64,000 nucleotides of DNA from Candidatus Deferrimicrobiaceae bacterium (lineage in GTDB: Bacteria > Desulfobacterota > Deferrimicrobia > Deferrimicrobiales > Deferrimicrobiaceae). Both the position numbers and the translations under genes were made by a program. The notes below the pieces were generated by a model. That model was not told the DNA's origin. It was given only the letters and a program-made list of their open reading frames with translations, and did no database searches. Location of the stretch: positions 832,001 to 896,000 of the forward strand of contig CAWBVY010000006.1 of the NCBI GenBank assembly GCA_963792415.1, given 5' to 3'. Below, piece after piece: positions 36,036-45,968 of this stretch (within the stretch, counting starts at the first letter, position 1; each line of letters starts with the position of its first letter).

Positions 36036-37736
36036 TCACTTCCCGGCGGGCTGCGCCTTGCGCAGGCGGTGGATCTTCCTCCCCACGTCGTCCGGCTTCT
36101 CGTGCCCTTTTGCGATCGCCTTCTCGAACAGGGCGGCCGCCTCCTCGTTTTTCCCCTGGGCCTGCAGGACATCCCCGAGGTGCTCCAGGATGACCGGGTC
36201 GTCGGGGACGAACGTCAGCGCCTGGAGGAGCTCCACTTCGGCACGCCCGAAATCGCCGAGCCGGTAGTGGACCCACGCGAGGCTGTCGAGGAAGTACCCG
36301 TCGTCGGGGCGGATCTCGAGCGCCCGGTGGATGAGCTTCTCCGCCTCGGGAAGGCGGATGTTCCGGTCCGCGAAGGTATAGCCGAGATAATTGAGGGCGG
36401 TGGCGTGCTTCGGGTCGAGGGCGATCACCTTCTCCATCGCGGCGATCACCGGCTCGAGTTCGCCCCGCTTGTCCTGGACCACCCCGACGGCGAACCACGC
36501 GGCGGGATTTCCCGGGGCCTTTTCGGTCGCCTCGGTGGCCACGGCCAACGCCTCGTCATACCGCTTCACCTCCTCGAGCTGCCCGGCGAGGAAGACCATC
36601 AGATCCACGTCCCCGGGACTCTTCTCCCGAAGCTTCCGGACGACTTCGATCGCCTCGTCGTTCTTTTTCTGCCGCGACAGGAGCATCGCGAGGTGAAGCA
36701 TCGCCTCCCGGTGCACCGGGTCGCCCTCGGGAATCTTCCGGAACGTCGCCTCGGCCTCCGGCAAGGCACCCTTCTCCTCGTACGCCGTCCCCAGGAAGAA
36801 ACGCACCTGCGTGTTCCCCGGGTCGGAGGCGAGGACAAAGGTGAACTCGTTGATCGCGTCATCGAACCGGTCGCGATCGAGGTAAAGAAGTCCCAGCTTC
36901 ACGAGGACGTCCGGGGTTGCGCCGGAGAACTTCTTCAACTCCTCGTACTGGTCGACCGCCTGGTCGATCTTCTTCTCCCGGATCAGCAGGCGGCCAAGCC
37001 GGTCGCGGAGGAACGGGTTGTTCGGGGAAGAGCGGAGTGCGGTCTTGTACCGCTCCTCCGCCTCCGCGTCCCGACCGAGAATCTCGAGAACCGCTCCGGA
37101 CTCGAGAAGCGCCGCGTCGAAGCCCGGGGCGATCGAGAGGGCCTTGTCGTAGTCGGCCAGGGCCTCCTCGTATTTCTTCTGGGCCGCAAGGATGCGGCCC
37201 CGGTAATAGTACGCAAGGTAGGCATCGGGGTCCCGGGCGATCAGCGCGCCGAGAACCTCCTCGGCGCTGGAAAATTCCCCCCGCTCCGCGTGGAGGGTGG
37301 CGATGTGGAGGTACGCTTCATCGCTCTCCGGGTCCTCCTTCAGGACACGTTCGTATTCGGCCAGGGACTTTTCGCGATCGCCCGACGCGGCGAGGATCCC
37401 CGCCAGAAGATACCGCGACCGCGTGTGCCCCTCGTCGAGCGCAAGGGCCTTTTCCAATTCCTCCCGGGCCTCGGGGAGCCGTCCCTTCTTCACGAGCACG
37501 TTGGCGATCTCGTAGAGGATGTCCGGCTCGTCCCCTGCGTACCTCAGCGCCTTCCGGTACGACCCGAGGGCGGCGTCGAGATTCCCCTCCCGGAAGTCGA
37601 GATATCCTTCAAGAAAGTGGCCGTAGGCGCGGGGATCGGTTCGGGGGGGGGTCGGGCCGGCGAACCCGCTCGACGTCCCTGCCGGGGCGAGAAAAAGAAA
37701 AAGGGCCAGGCCCCCAGTCGCGACGAGGATTCGCAT
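36036..37736 (-). CDS. Secreted tetratricopeptide repeat protein
   Basis: Signal peptide, multiple TPRs, ALNYLGYTFAD and YFLDSLAW motifs. Confidence 0.9.
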   Translation of the reverse strand: MRILVATGGLALFLFLAPAGTSSGFAGPTPPRTDPRAYGHFLEGYLDFREGNLDAALGSYRKALRYAGDEPDILYEIANVLVKKGRLPEAREELEKALALDEGHTRSRYLLAGILAASGDREKSLAEYERVLKEDPESDEAYLHIATLHAERGEFSSAEEVLGALIARDPDAYLAYYYRGRILAAQKKYEEALADYDKALSIAPGFDAALLESGAVLEILGRDAEAEERYKTALRSSPNNPFLRDRLGRLLIREKKIDQAVDQYEELKKFSGATPDVLVKLGLLYLDRDRFDDAINEFTFVLASDPGNTQVRFFLGTAYEEKGALPEAEATFRKIPEGDPVHREAMLHLAMLLSRQKKNDEAIEVVRKLREKSPGDVDLMVFLAGQLEEVKRYDEALAVATEATEKAPGNPAAWFAVGVVQDKRGELEPVIAAMEKVIALDPKHATALNYLGYTFADRNIRLPEAEKLIHRALEIRPDDGYFLDSLAWVHYRLGDFGRAEVELLQALTFVPDDPVILEHLGDVLQAQGKNEEAAALFEKAIAKGHEKPDDVGRKIHRLRKAQPAGK

Positions 37737-37806
37737 CGTTTCCTCCGGAAAAATATGAACCGTAAGTATTATATACTCACTACCCGTGAAACCGCGAGGA
37801 GGACCG

Positions 37807-39201
37807 ATGCCCGAGGCCGCTGCGCTCTCCGAACTGCCCCTTTCGAGAATCCTCTCGGCGCTGCTGTCCCGCGGAGGGGAGCACGGGGAACTGTTTTTCG
37901 AGGAATCCCGGTCCCTCACGGTACTTATGGAAGATGGCCGAATCGAACGGGTCGTTTCGGGAACCGACGCGGGGATCGGCGTTCGCCTCCTCTTCCGCGG
38001 CAAAACCTATTACGCCTACACGAACGACCGGTCGGCCGGAAACATTCTCTCCCTTTCGAACGACCTCTCCCGCTACGCGGAAGGGGACGGCGTCGCGGCG
38101 GCGCTCCCCGCGTCGTCACAGGAGGCCCGCGGGCCGACCGTCGTCCGGGTGCCGCCGGCCGCGCGGGGAATCGGCGAGAAGGTCGCGCAGGTTCGGGAAG
38201 TCGACCGGATCGCGAGGGGATTCTCGCGGGAGGTGCGGCAGGTCCGGGCGACCTGGTCGGAATCGCAGCGCCGCGTCGAGGTTGCCGCCCACCCCGGCGT
38301 CTTCGTCCGCGAGGGGCAGACGTATTGCGTCCTCGCCGTCCAGGTGGTGGCGGGGGACGACGGCGGGCTGACGATGGGATACGAGTCGGCGGGCGGGACC
38401 GAGGGGCTCGAGTTCCTCGACGGGGGGACGCCTTCACTGCTGGCCCGCAAGGCCGCCGGCAGGGCGGTGCGGGCGCTCCACGCGGCGAAGCTCCCCGGCG
38501 GGCGGATGCCGGTCGTCCTTTCCTCCGAAGCGGGAGGGACGATGGTCCACGAGGCGGTCGGGCACGGCCTGGAGGCGGACCTCGCCCGGCGGGGGATGTC
38601 GGTCTACAAGGAGAAGCTGGGGAAACGGATCGGAAGCCCGCTGGTCTCCATCGCCGACGACGCCACCGTCCCCGGGAAGCGCGGGTCGTACGGGATCGAC
38701 GACGAAGGAACGCCCGGGCAACGGACCTTGCTGGTCGACGGCGGGGTCCTGAGGGGTTTTCTCCACGACCGCCTGTCGGCCATGAAGGACGGCGCCGCCC
38801 CCACGGGGAACGGCCGGCGGGAGTCGTACCGGCACAAGCCGATCCCGCGCATGACGAACACGCTCATCCTGCCCGGCGACACGCCTCCGGAGGGGATCCT
38901 TTCCGGCTCCGACCGGGGGCTGCTGGTCGTCAAGATGGGAGGCGGCCAGGTGAACACCGTCACCGGCGACTTCATGTTCGAGGTGGCGGAGGGGTACCGG
39001 ATCGAGGGCGGCAAGCGCGGGGAGCCGGTCCGCGGGGCAACGATCACCGGGAACGGCCCCGAAGTCCTCTCGATGATCGACCGCGTCGGATCGGACCTCG
39101 GGTTCGGCATCGGCACGTGCGGCAAGGACGGCCAGGGCGTCCCCGTCGGGGACGCCCAGCCGACCCTCTCCATCGGCCCGCCGTTCATCACGGTGGGGTA
39201 G
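37807..39201 (+). CDS. tldD: TldD family metalloprotease
   Basis: HEAVGHGLEAD, DDEG, GNGRRESY..PRMTNT and CGKDGQ motifs. Confidence 0.93.
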   Translation: MPEAAALSELPLSRILSALLSRGGEHGELFFEESRSLTVLMEDGRIERVVSGTDAGIGVRLLFRGKTYYAYTNDRSAGNILSLSNDLSRYAEGDGVAAALPASSQEARGPTVVRVPPAARGIGEKVAQVREVDRIARGFSREVRQVRATWSESQRRVEVAAHPGVFVREGQTYCVLAVQVVAGDDGGLTMGYESAGGTEGLEFLDGGTPSLLARKAAGRAVRALHAAKLPGGRMPVVLSSEAGGTMVHEAVGHGLEADLARRGMSVYKEKLGKRIGSPLVSIADDATVPGKRGSYGIDDEGTPGQRTLLVDGGVLRGFLHDRLSAMKDGAAPTGNGRRESYRHKPIPRMTNTLILPGDTPPEGILSGSDRGLLVVKMGGGQVNTVTGDFMFEVAEGYRIEGGKRGEPVRGATITGNGPEVLSMIDRVGSDLGFGIGTCGKDGQGVPVGDAQPTLSIGPPFITVG

Positions 39202-39226
39202 TCATCCTGCTCCCGGGAGCGAACCC

Positions 39227-39847
39227 TTGGTAACGCGCATCCTCGAAGCCCTCGCGGGCTTCGTCATCTTCGTCATCTCCTCCCTCGGGCTGCCCGGCAT
39301 CGTCCTGTTGATGGCGATCGAGTCGGCGTGCATTCCCCTGCCGTCCGAGGTGATCATGCCGTTCTCCGGGTATCTCGTCTACAAGGGGGTGCACACCCTC
39401 TGGGAGGTGGCGCTGGCCGGCGCCTTCGGCTGCGTGGTCGGGTCGGTACCCGCCTACTACCTGGGGATGTACGGCGGCCGTCCCCTCATCGAGAAGTACG
39501 GGAAGTACATCCTCATGTCCCGTCACGACCTGGATCTGGCGGACGGGTGGTTCACCCGCCACGGCGAAGCGACCGTCTTCCTCGCCCGCCTGCTCCCCGT
39601 GATCCGCACCTTCATCGCCTTCCCCGCCGGGGTCGCGCGGATGGACATGAAGCGGTTCCTTCTCTACACCTTCGCCGGGTCGTTTCCGTGGTGCCTCGGG
39701 CTGGCGTATCTCGGGATGGTGCTGGGAGAGAAGTGGCCGACGCTGCGGGAATATTTCCACCGGTTCGACCTGCTGATCGGCGCGGTCCTTCTCGCGGGAG
39801 TCGTCTGGTACGTCCGCCGGCACTTCAAGCACCGCGTCACGGAATAA
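39227..39847 (+). CDS. DedA family membrane protein
   Basis: ESACIPLPSEVIMPF and RLLPVIRTFIAFPAG motifs. Confidence 0.92.
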   Translation: MVTRILEALAGFVIFVISSLGLPGIVLLMAIESACIPLPSEVIMPFSGYLVYKGVHTLWEVALAGAFGCVVGSVPAYYLGMYGGRPLIEKYGKYILMSRHDLDLADGWFTRHGEATVFLARLLPVIRTFIAFPAGVARMDMKRFLLYTFAGSFPWCLGLAYLGMVLGEKWPTLREYFHRFDLLIGAVLLAGVVWYVRRHFKHRVTE

Positions 39848-39851
39848 CCTG

Positions 39852-40604
39852 TCACTTCTCCTCGCGCAGGAGGCGCATGACGCGGAACGCCTCCGCGTGC
39901 TTCGGCCGGCGCGTTCCCCTCTTCCCGCCCGCTCTGCGAGCCGGGGCATGGCGCGCCGCGTCCATCGCCCACCCGAGAAGGAGAGGGGCGATGTCCCGTT
40001 CGCCCAGCTGGCTCCGATGGGCCGTCAGCGCCGCGATCTTCGTTTCGATCGTGTCCGTCACGTCGATCCATGTGTCGGGGGAAGGAGTCGAGCTGACGTA
40101 GACGGCGTGGACCTTGTGCACGGGTCCCGCCCCGGGCCACAGGAGCTCCATCTCGGCGCAGGGGAAGACCGCTTCGAGCCCCGCCTTCCCCGCCGCGACG
40201 TGATCCGGATGATTTATGTACCGGTCGCCGAAGAAGAGGGCCTGGGGGTCGTTGCACAGCACGACCTCGGGGCGGTGGCGGCGGATCCGGCGGACCAGCT
40301 CCTTCCGCAGCGCGAGGGTCGGGACGAGTTCGCAGTCGCCGTGACGCAGAAAGACGACCCGGGGGACGCCGAGGATCCGGGCCGATTCCCGCTCCTCCCG
40401 TTCCCGTACCCGCGCGAGGCTCTTCCGCGTGAACTTCCGGTCGTGCGTCCCCGAATTGCCGCTGGTGAGAAGTACGAAGGTCACGTCGCACCCGGCACGG
40501 GTCCATTTCGCGATCGTCCCGCCGATGGTGAACTCGATGTCGTCGGGGTGGGCATAGATCGCCATCGCGGAGCGGGGCACGTACCCGGCGTCGAACCTGG
40601 GCAT
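39852..40604 (-). CDS. PIG-L/LmbE family N-acetylglucosaminyl deacetylase
   Basis: AHPDDIE, HPDH and AHRSQ motifs. Confidence 0.9.
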   Translation of the reverse strand: MPRFDAGYVPRSAMAIYAHPDDIEFTIGGTIAKWTRAGCDVTFVLLTSGNSGTHDRKFTRKSLARVREREERESARILGVPRVVFLRHGDCELVPTLALRKELVRRIRRHRPEVVLCNDPQALFFGDRYINHPDHVAAGKAGLEAVFPCAEMELLWPGAGPVHKVHAVYVSSTPSPDTWIDVTDTIETKIAALTAHRSQLGERDIAPLLLGWAMDAARHAPARRAGGKRGTRRPKHAEAFRVMRLLREEK

Positions 40605-40694
40605 GGGGAGTCTCCTTTCCTTGTGGGATGTTCCCTGCTGTAAGATGGTCCCGCAGGCCGATCGGACTCCGCGTCCCGAAGGAAATACCGCAGG

Positions 40695-41429
40695 GTGAAC
40701 AACAAGGTCACCACGATCATCGCCGAGGTCGAAAAAGCCCGCAAGGGGATCGCGGTGTGCGCCGTCCTCTTCCTCGCCCTCGCCGCAATCTGTTTCGCCT
40801 TCTCGGAGCGGTTGCTGCTGGTGCTCGTGCGCCTGCTGGGGAAGAAGCTCGTCTCCTACTCTCCGGAGGAGGGGTTCATCGCCCTCGCTTCCCTCTCCCT
40901 GTATTGCGCCTTTGTCCTGACGCTGCCCGCGGCGGGGTACCTGCTTTGGCGACGCCTGCTCCTCCCCCGCGTCCCGGCGTGGCGGCGGTGGGGCGGCCCG
41001 GTCGTCGTCGTCGCGACGGTGCTCTTCGCGTGCGGATTGTTGCTGGGCTACCTCGTGATCCTGCCGGCGGGGATCGGGTTCCTCGTGGGGTTCGAGACCC
41101 GCGACTTCCGGGCGTTCATCTCCGCGAAGAAGTTCATCTCCTTCTCGGGCACGATGCTGATCGCCCTCGGGCTCTCGTTCGAGGCGCCGCTTCTCGCCTT
41201 CTTCCTTGCGAAGCTCGGATGGCTGAAACCGGAGTTCTTCCGGAACCGGTGGCGGCACGCCATCCTGATCTGCACCGTCCTGGCGGCGGTCATCACGCCC
41301 ACGCCCGACGTCTACAACATGTCGCTGATGATCATTCCGCTGCTGGGACTCTACTTCGTCTCCTTCCTCGTCGTCCATCTGTTCGCGCCGGGAAAAGCGG
41401 CAGCCCCTGCGCCGGGCGAGACGGAGTGA
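40695..41429 (+). CDS. tatC: Twin-arginine translocase subunit TatC
   Basis: SPEEGF, FEAP, RHAI and AAVITPTPD motifs; about 6 TM helices. Confidence 0.85.
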   Translation: MNNKVTTIIAEVEKARKGIAVCAVLFLALAAICFAFSERLLLVLVRLLGKKLVSYSPEEGFIALASLSLYCAFVLTLPAAGYLLWRRLLLPRVPAWRRWGGPVVVVATVLFACGLLLGYLVILPAGIGFLVGFETRDFRAFISAKKFISFSGTMLIALGLSFEAPLLAFFLAKLGWLKPEFFRNRWRHAILICTVLAAVITPTPDVYNMSLMIIPLLGLYFVSFLVVHLFAPGKAAAPAPGETE

Positions 41430-41448
41430 GAGCGACCCGGGTCGCGTG

Positions 41449-42429
41449 TCAGGAACGTCGGGAAAGACCGAGGTCGCGGAGCATCCGCAGATCGTCCTCC
41501 GCCGGGCGCCCCGCCGTCGTGAGGTAGTTCCCCACCATCGTCCCGGTGGCCCCGGCGGCGAACATCAGCGGCTGAAGGTCGCGCAGGTTCACCTCGCGCC
41601 CCCCGCAGACGATGATCTCCCTCGTCGGGTTCGTCAGGCGCAGCATCGCGATGATGCGAAGGCACTCCATCGGGGACAGATCCGAGCGCCCCTCCAGCGG
41701 CGTGCCCGGGACCGGGTTCAGGAAGTTGACGGGTATGGAGTCGACCGCGAGTTCCCGCAGCGTCAAGGCCAGCTCCACGCGGTCTTCCGGGGACTCGCCC
41801 AACCCGAAGATCCCGCCGCAGCAGACCCACGCCCCCGCCGCCTTCGCCGCCCGCACCGCCGCCACATCCTCCTCGTAGTCATGGGTGGTACACACCTTCG
41901 GAAAGAAGGAGCGGGACGTCTCCAGGTTGTGGTGGATCGACCGCAATCCCCGCGACAGGAGATACTCGACGTCCGACGGGGGGAGGGTCCCGAGGCTTAC
42001 GCACGTTTCCAGCCCCAGCTCGGTCCGGATCCGGTCCACCGCATCCCCGACGCGGGTCAACTCCTCCCGGTTCCGCATCGCAAGCCCGGAGGCGACGATC
42101 GAGAATTCCCGGGCACCGCGCTCCTTCGCGGCCGCCGCTTCCCGGAAGATCTCTTCCCCGGACATCAGGGGGTATTCCCCGATCCCGGCGGCGGATTGAA
42201 CGGACTGCGCGCAGAAGGCGCAATCCTCGGAGCAGAGCCCCGACTTGGCGTTCACGATGGAACAGAGGCGGATCCCGTCCCCCTTGAACCGGCGGCGGAC
42301 GGCCTCGGCGACGTCCAGCAGCCGCCACAGGGCGTCACCGCCGAGGGAAAGAACCGCGAGGGCATCCTCCCTGCCGATCCCCTCCCCCGACATCGCCTGC
42401 TCTCTGATCTTGTCCCAGAACGCTTCCAA
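41449..42429 (-). CDS. bioB: Biotin synthase
   Basis: NAKSGLCSEDCAFCAQS, HHNLETS and GNYLTT motifs. Confidence 0.95.
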   Translation of the reverse strand: MEAFWDKIREQAMSGEGIGREDALAVLSLGGDALWRLLDVAEAVRRRFKGDGIRLCSIVNAKSGLCSEDCAFCAQSVQSAAGIGEYPLMSGEEIFREAAAAKERGAREFSIVASGLAMRNREELTRVGDAVDRIRTELGLETCVSLGTLPPSDVEYLLSRGLRSIHHNLETSRSFFPKVCTTHDYEEDVAAVRAAKAAGAWVCCGGIFGLGESPEDRVELALTLRELAVDSIPVNFLNPVPGTPLEGRSDLSPMECLRIIAMLRLTNPTREIIVCGGREVNLRDLQPLMFAAGATGTMVGNYLTTAGRPAEDDLRMLRDLGLSRRS

Positions 42430-42457
42430 ACGACGCTCCTGTCCGGACCGGCTTCCT

Positions 42458-43366
42458 TCAGTTGTACCCGACCGAGAGGAACGGGCGACGGATCGTCTTG
42501 CGGAATCGGACCGCCGGGTAGCCGAGGATGAGAACGATCTTCGGGATTTGACCGGCAGGCACGCCGTGTTTTCCCATCAGGTCCTTTCTTCGCTCGAGCA
42601 CCGGCGCCACGCATCCGATCATGCAGGTCCCGAGACCCATCGCCTCGGCGGCAACCATCGCGTGGGTACAGGCGATGAACGCGTCGGCTCCATCTCCGTA
42701 GGGCGATGCGTGAAAGAGAAGCGTTGCCGGGGCGTCGTACAGAACGTAATCGACCCCTTTCTTCTTCCCCTCGACCAGGATCCGGCCCATCGGCAGGATG
42801 AAGCTTTGGAGCTTTTCCCGGTCGGATTTCTTCATGGTCATCCGCAAGAGCGCCCCCAGCGGGCTTCCGAAGAACTTGAGGAGCCGTTCGTACGCGTCGG
42901 CGGTGTCCCACGCCAGTTCGCGGACCTTGTCGGGGTCAGGAAAGACGGTGACCCCGACCTCCCACGGAGGGATCCCCATCGGCGCAGTCGCCGCGGAGGC
43001 GATCACCCGGTCGATCGCCTCCCGCGGCACCGGCTCCCTACGGAAGCGGCGGATGCTGCGCCTCGACGCCATCAGCGCCTCCACCTGGTCGAAGGTCGCG
43101 CGGCGCTCTGGCACCGGCAGGACGATCACGTCGAGCGGGTCCAGCTTCCGGCCGGTCACGGTGATGCTGTCCGAGGGGCAGACCATCATGCAATGGCCGC
43201 ATGCGATGCAGCCGAACCCCTTGGACGGGTCGATGCGGATCTCCCCGTCGCTGCCGTGCAGGACCTCGACCGGGCAGATCGTCGCGCACGCGCCGCAGGC
43301 GGTGCAGGTTGCCCGATCGATGACGGGATTGCCTGCCGCGTCTCCGAAACTGCCGATGATTCCCAC
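42458..43366 (-). CDS. Nitroreductase with N-terminal 2x[4Fe-4S] ferredoxin domain
   Basis: CTACGACATICP, CIACGHCMMVCP, RRSIRRF and GLGTCMIG motifs. Confidence 0.9.
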   Translation of the reverse strand: MGIIGSFGDAAGNPVIDRATCTACGACATICPVEVLHGSDGEIRIDPSKGFGCIACGHCMMVCPSDSITVTGRKLDPLDVIVLPVPERRATFDQVEALMASRRSIRRFRREPVPREAIDRVIASAATAPMGIPPWEVGVTVFPDPDKVRELAWDTADAYERLLKFFGSPLGALLRMTMKKSDREKLQSFILPMGRILVEGKKKGVDYVLYDAPATLLFHASPYGDGADAFIACTHAMVAAEAMGLGTCMIGCVAPVLERRKDLMGKHGVPAGQIPKIVLILGYPAVRFRKTIRRPFLSVGYN

Positions 43367-43487
43367 TGTGACCTCCCCCTCCCCGCACGAGCGTAGGAGA
43401 ATCCCCTGCAGGCGTCATTATACCCGCGCCGGCAGGTGGTCGGATCCTTGGGGAGCGAACCCCGCCGAAATTCTTTACAATGTCGTA

Positions 43488-44144
43488 ATGGAATTTCGCG
43501 CACGCCTCCTGGTGTTCGACCTGGACGGGACGCTGGTGGATTCGAAGGAGGATCTCGCCAACGCCGTGAACGTGGCGATCGAGTCGTTCGACCTCCCGCC
43601 GCTGCCGCACCCGACGATCTACTCGTACGTCGGGGACGGGGCGTCCACGCTGATCCGGCGCGCCCTACCAAAACAGAAGGCCGACCTGCTCCCTGAAGTC
43701 CTCGACCGGTTCCTCGCGTATTACCGGAGACACCTGCTGGACACCACCCGCGCCTATCCGGGAGTGGTCGGGGAGCTGCGAAAATGGGCGGGGATCTACC
43801 GGATGGCCGTCCTGACGAACAAGGGAGTGGCGATGACGCGGGAGATCCTTTCGGGGCTCTCCCTCGACGGGTACTTCTTCGAGGTGCTCGGGGGGGATAG
43901 TTTCCACACCAAGAAGCCCGACCCGGAAGGGTTGCTCCACATCCTCCGGAAGGCGGGGGTCGAGGCGGAGGATGCCGTCATGATCGGGGATTCCGGCAAC
44001 GACGTGCAGGCGGGAAGGGCGGCCGGCACCGTCACCTGCGGCGTCACCTACGGCCTGGGGGCTTCCGGGTTCGCCGAGCACCCGCCCGACTTCACCGTCG
44101 ACCGCTTCCCCGAACTGTTCCGCCGGATCCGTCCTGCGGGTTGA
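43488..44144 (+). CDS. HAD-family hydrolase (phosphoglycolate phosphatase-like)
   Basis: FDLDGTLVDS, LTNK, KKPDP and MIGDSGND motifs. Confidence 0.9.
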   Translation: MEFRARLLVFDLDGTLVDSKEDLANAVNVAIESFDLPPLPHPTIYSYVGDGASTLIRRALPKQKADLLPEVLDRFLAYYRRHLLDTTRAYPGVVGELRKWAGIYRMAVLTNKGVAMTREILSGLSLDGYFFEVLGGDSFHTKKPDPEGLLHILRKAGVEAEDAVMIGDSGNDVQAGRAAGTVTCGVTYGLGASGFAEHPPDFTVDRFPELFRRIRPAG

Positions 44145-44154
44145 GGGAGGGACC

Positions 44155-44763
44155 GTGGACGACCGGAAACCGTTCCCCGGAAAACCGCTGCTGGTCTTCG
44201 TCGCCGTGGTCGCGGCGGTGCGGCTCTCCTTCTCCTTATCCATCGGGCCCTTCCTCTCCCCGTCGCTTCTCGCCGCCGCCCTCTTTCTTTATTCCCCCCT
44301 CCCCCGGTATTGGCACCGCGGGTTCCCGGCGTGGGCTCGCGCGACGGACCCCGGCAGGAGCGTCGCGTTCTTCGCGCTGCTCGCCGGCGTGGGGGCGATC
44401 GCCTTCTACCTCTTCGTGCGGCTTCCCCTGCCCCCGGCGATCTCCCCGTACCACGGGACGTTTCCCCTGACGGCGGCGATGGCGGCCCACCATCTCCTGC
44501 TGGTCGCCCTGCCCGAGGAGGTGTTCTTCCGGGGATACCTGTACGACGCTTTCGAGGAGGCGGGACGGGAACCGGTGTTGCCCGTCGCCCTGCTCTTCGC
44601 CGTCGGACACTTCGTGATCGCCCCGTCCCCCTTCCGCCTGCTGACCTTCTTTCCCGCGCTCCTCCTCGGGTGGGGAAGAAAGCGGTCGGGGAACGTGTAC
44701 GTCCCGACGGCGGTCCACTTCCTGTACAACCTCTTCCCGTCCCTGATCGGGGGGTCGCCGTGA
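44155..44763 (+). CDS. CPBP (Abi/type II CAAX) glutamic-type intramembrane protease
   Basis: PEEVFFRG, FAVGH, FFPALLLGW and HFLYN motifs. Confidence 0.88.
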   Translation: MDDRKPFPGKPLLVFVAVVAAVRLSFSLSIGPFLSPSLLAAALFLYSPLPRYWHRGFPAWARATDPGRSVAFFALLAGVGAIAFYLFVRLPLPPAISPYHGTFPLTAAMAAHHLLLVALPEEVFFRGYLYDAFEEAGREPVLPVALLFAVGHFVIAPSPFRLLTFFPALLLGWGRKRSGNVYVPTAVHFLYNLFPSLIGGSP

Positions 44764-45857
44764 GCGGCATCCGCGTGGCATCCGGGCATCTGTTCTTCTT
44801 CTACGCCTACGACGCGGGCTTCGAAATCGCGCTGGAGGAGGCGCGCGCCCTGTGCGAGGCGTCCGATTCCACGGGGATCGCGGGCCTGCGCACGGCGCCC
44901 GCTTACCTGCAGTACCGTCCGAAACCGCTCACCGTGTCCTCCGGGGTCGTTTCCGTCACGGTTTCCGGGAAAGCGTACCGGCTGGAGGCGACGGTGAAGG
45001 TCTTCGATTTCGGGGCCCTCTCCGTGACGTTCACACTCCCGACCGAGGATCTCCCCCTCGAGGAATACGCGGAGATCGCGCTTTCCCTCGCCGCGGAGAA
45101 CGGGATGGAGAAGTCCGCCCGGGATGCGGCGCGGAGGCTGTTCGAGCGGATCCGCCCCGCCGTTTCCCGCCCGATGTTCGCGGACCTCGTGGAAGAATAT
45201 TGCGTCTGGCACGTCGGCGGATTCTCTCCGGGAATGAGCGGGACGGAGGCGTTCGCCCGCCTTCCCCGGGAGATCGCGCGCCTGCTGACCCTCGAACGGG
45301 GCGAACTGAGCGAAGCGGCGGTCACCGACATTCTCCGCACCCCGATCCGGTACTTCGACAACGACCTGTTCCTGGCGGAGTGGAACGCCGCCTTCGTCTA
45401 CGACCCGACGTTCCAGGACACGGTGGAAGTGCTCGAATTCCTGAACATCCAGGTGCTGGAGTTGCGGTTCTTCGACCGCCTCCTCCACGAGGCGATCGAG
45501 GGGGTCTCCGAGGGGCTGCGCCCCCGGTGGCGGCTCTTCCACATCCTTCACGACCCGTACGAGGTCCCGCTGCGCAAACTCTCCGGAATCCGGACCGACG
45601 TCTCGCTGATCAGGGAACGGATCTACAACGCACTGAAACTGGTAGGGGACGCCTACCTCGCCCGGGTATACGAGGAGGCGCGCCGGAAGGTGGGGGCGGA
45701 GAAGCACGAGGGGACGGTTCGCGACCAGCTTGCCACCCTCACGGACATCTACACGGTGCTGAACCACCAGGCCCAGGCGGCGCGCGAGGAAACGCTCGAA
45801 CTGATCATCATCCTCCTCATCGCCATCGAGATCGTCATGGGTCTCCTGCACTGGTAG
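44760..45857 (+). CDS. Conserved hypothetical protein with C-terminal TM (RMD1/DUF155/CorA-like tail)
   Basis: GTG overlapping the previous stop; ends LELIIILLIAIEIV. Confidence 0.6.
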   Translation: MSGIRVASGHLFFFYAYDAGFEIALEEARALCEASDSTGIAGLRTAPAYLQYRPKPLTVSSGVVSVTVSGKAYRLEATVKVFDFGALSVTFTLPTEDLPLEEYAEIALSLAAENGMEKSARDAARRLFERIRPAVSRPMFADLVEEYCVWHVGGFSPGMSGTEAFARLPREIARLLTLERGELSEAAVTDILRTPIRYFDNDLFLAEWNAAFVYDPTFQDTVEVLEFLNIQVLELRFFDRLLHEAIEGVSEGLRPRWRLFHILHDPYEVPLRKLSGIRTDVSLIRERIYNALKLVGDAYLARVYEEARRKVGAEKHEGTVRDQLATLTDIYTVLNHQAQAAREETLELIIILLIAIEIVMGLLHW

Positions 45858-45968
45858 CGCGTCCGCCTTCCGAACCGGCCCGACGGAGTGTCCCTCGCCC
45901 ACCCCCCGGTTTTTTTGATAAAATTCATCGAGTACGCCCCAACCGTTCGTCCCAGGAGGTTTCCCGAT

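Noticed and set aside
35562-39233. Very long ORFs (1223 aa here; also 46588-49755, 44406-47123, 12423-14570)
   Set aside because: Shadow frames of well-supported genes in high-GC DNA; Arg/Pro/Gly-rich with no domain motifs
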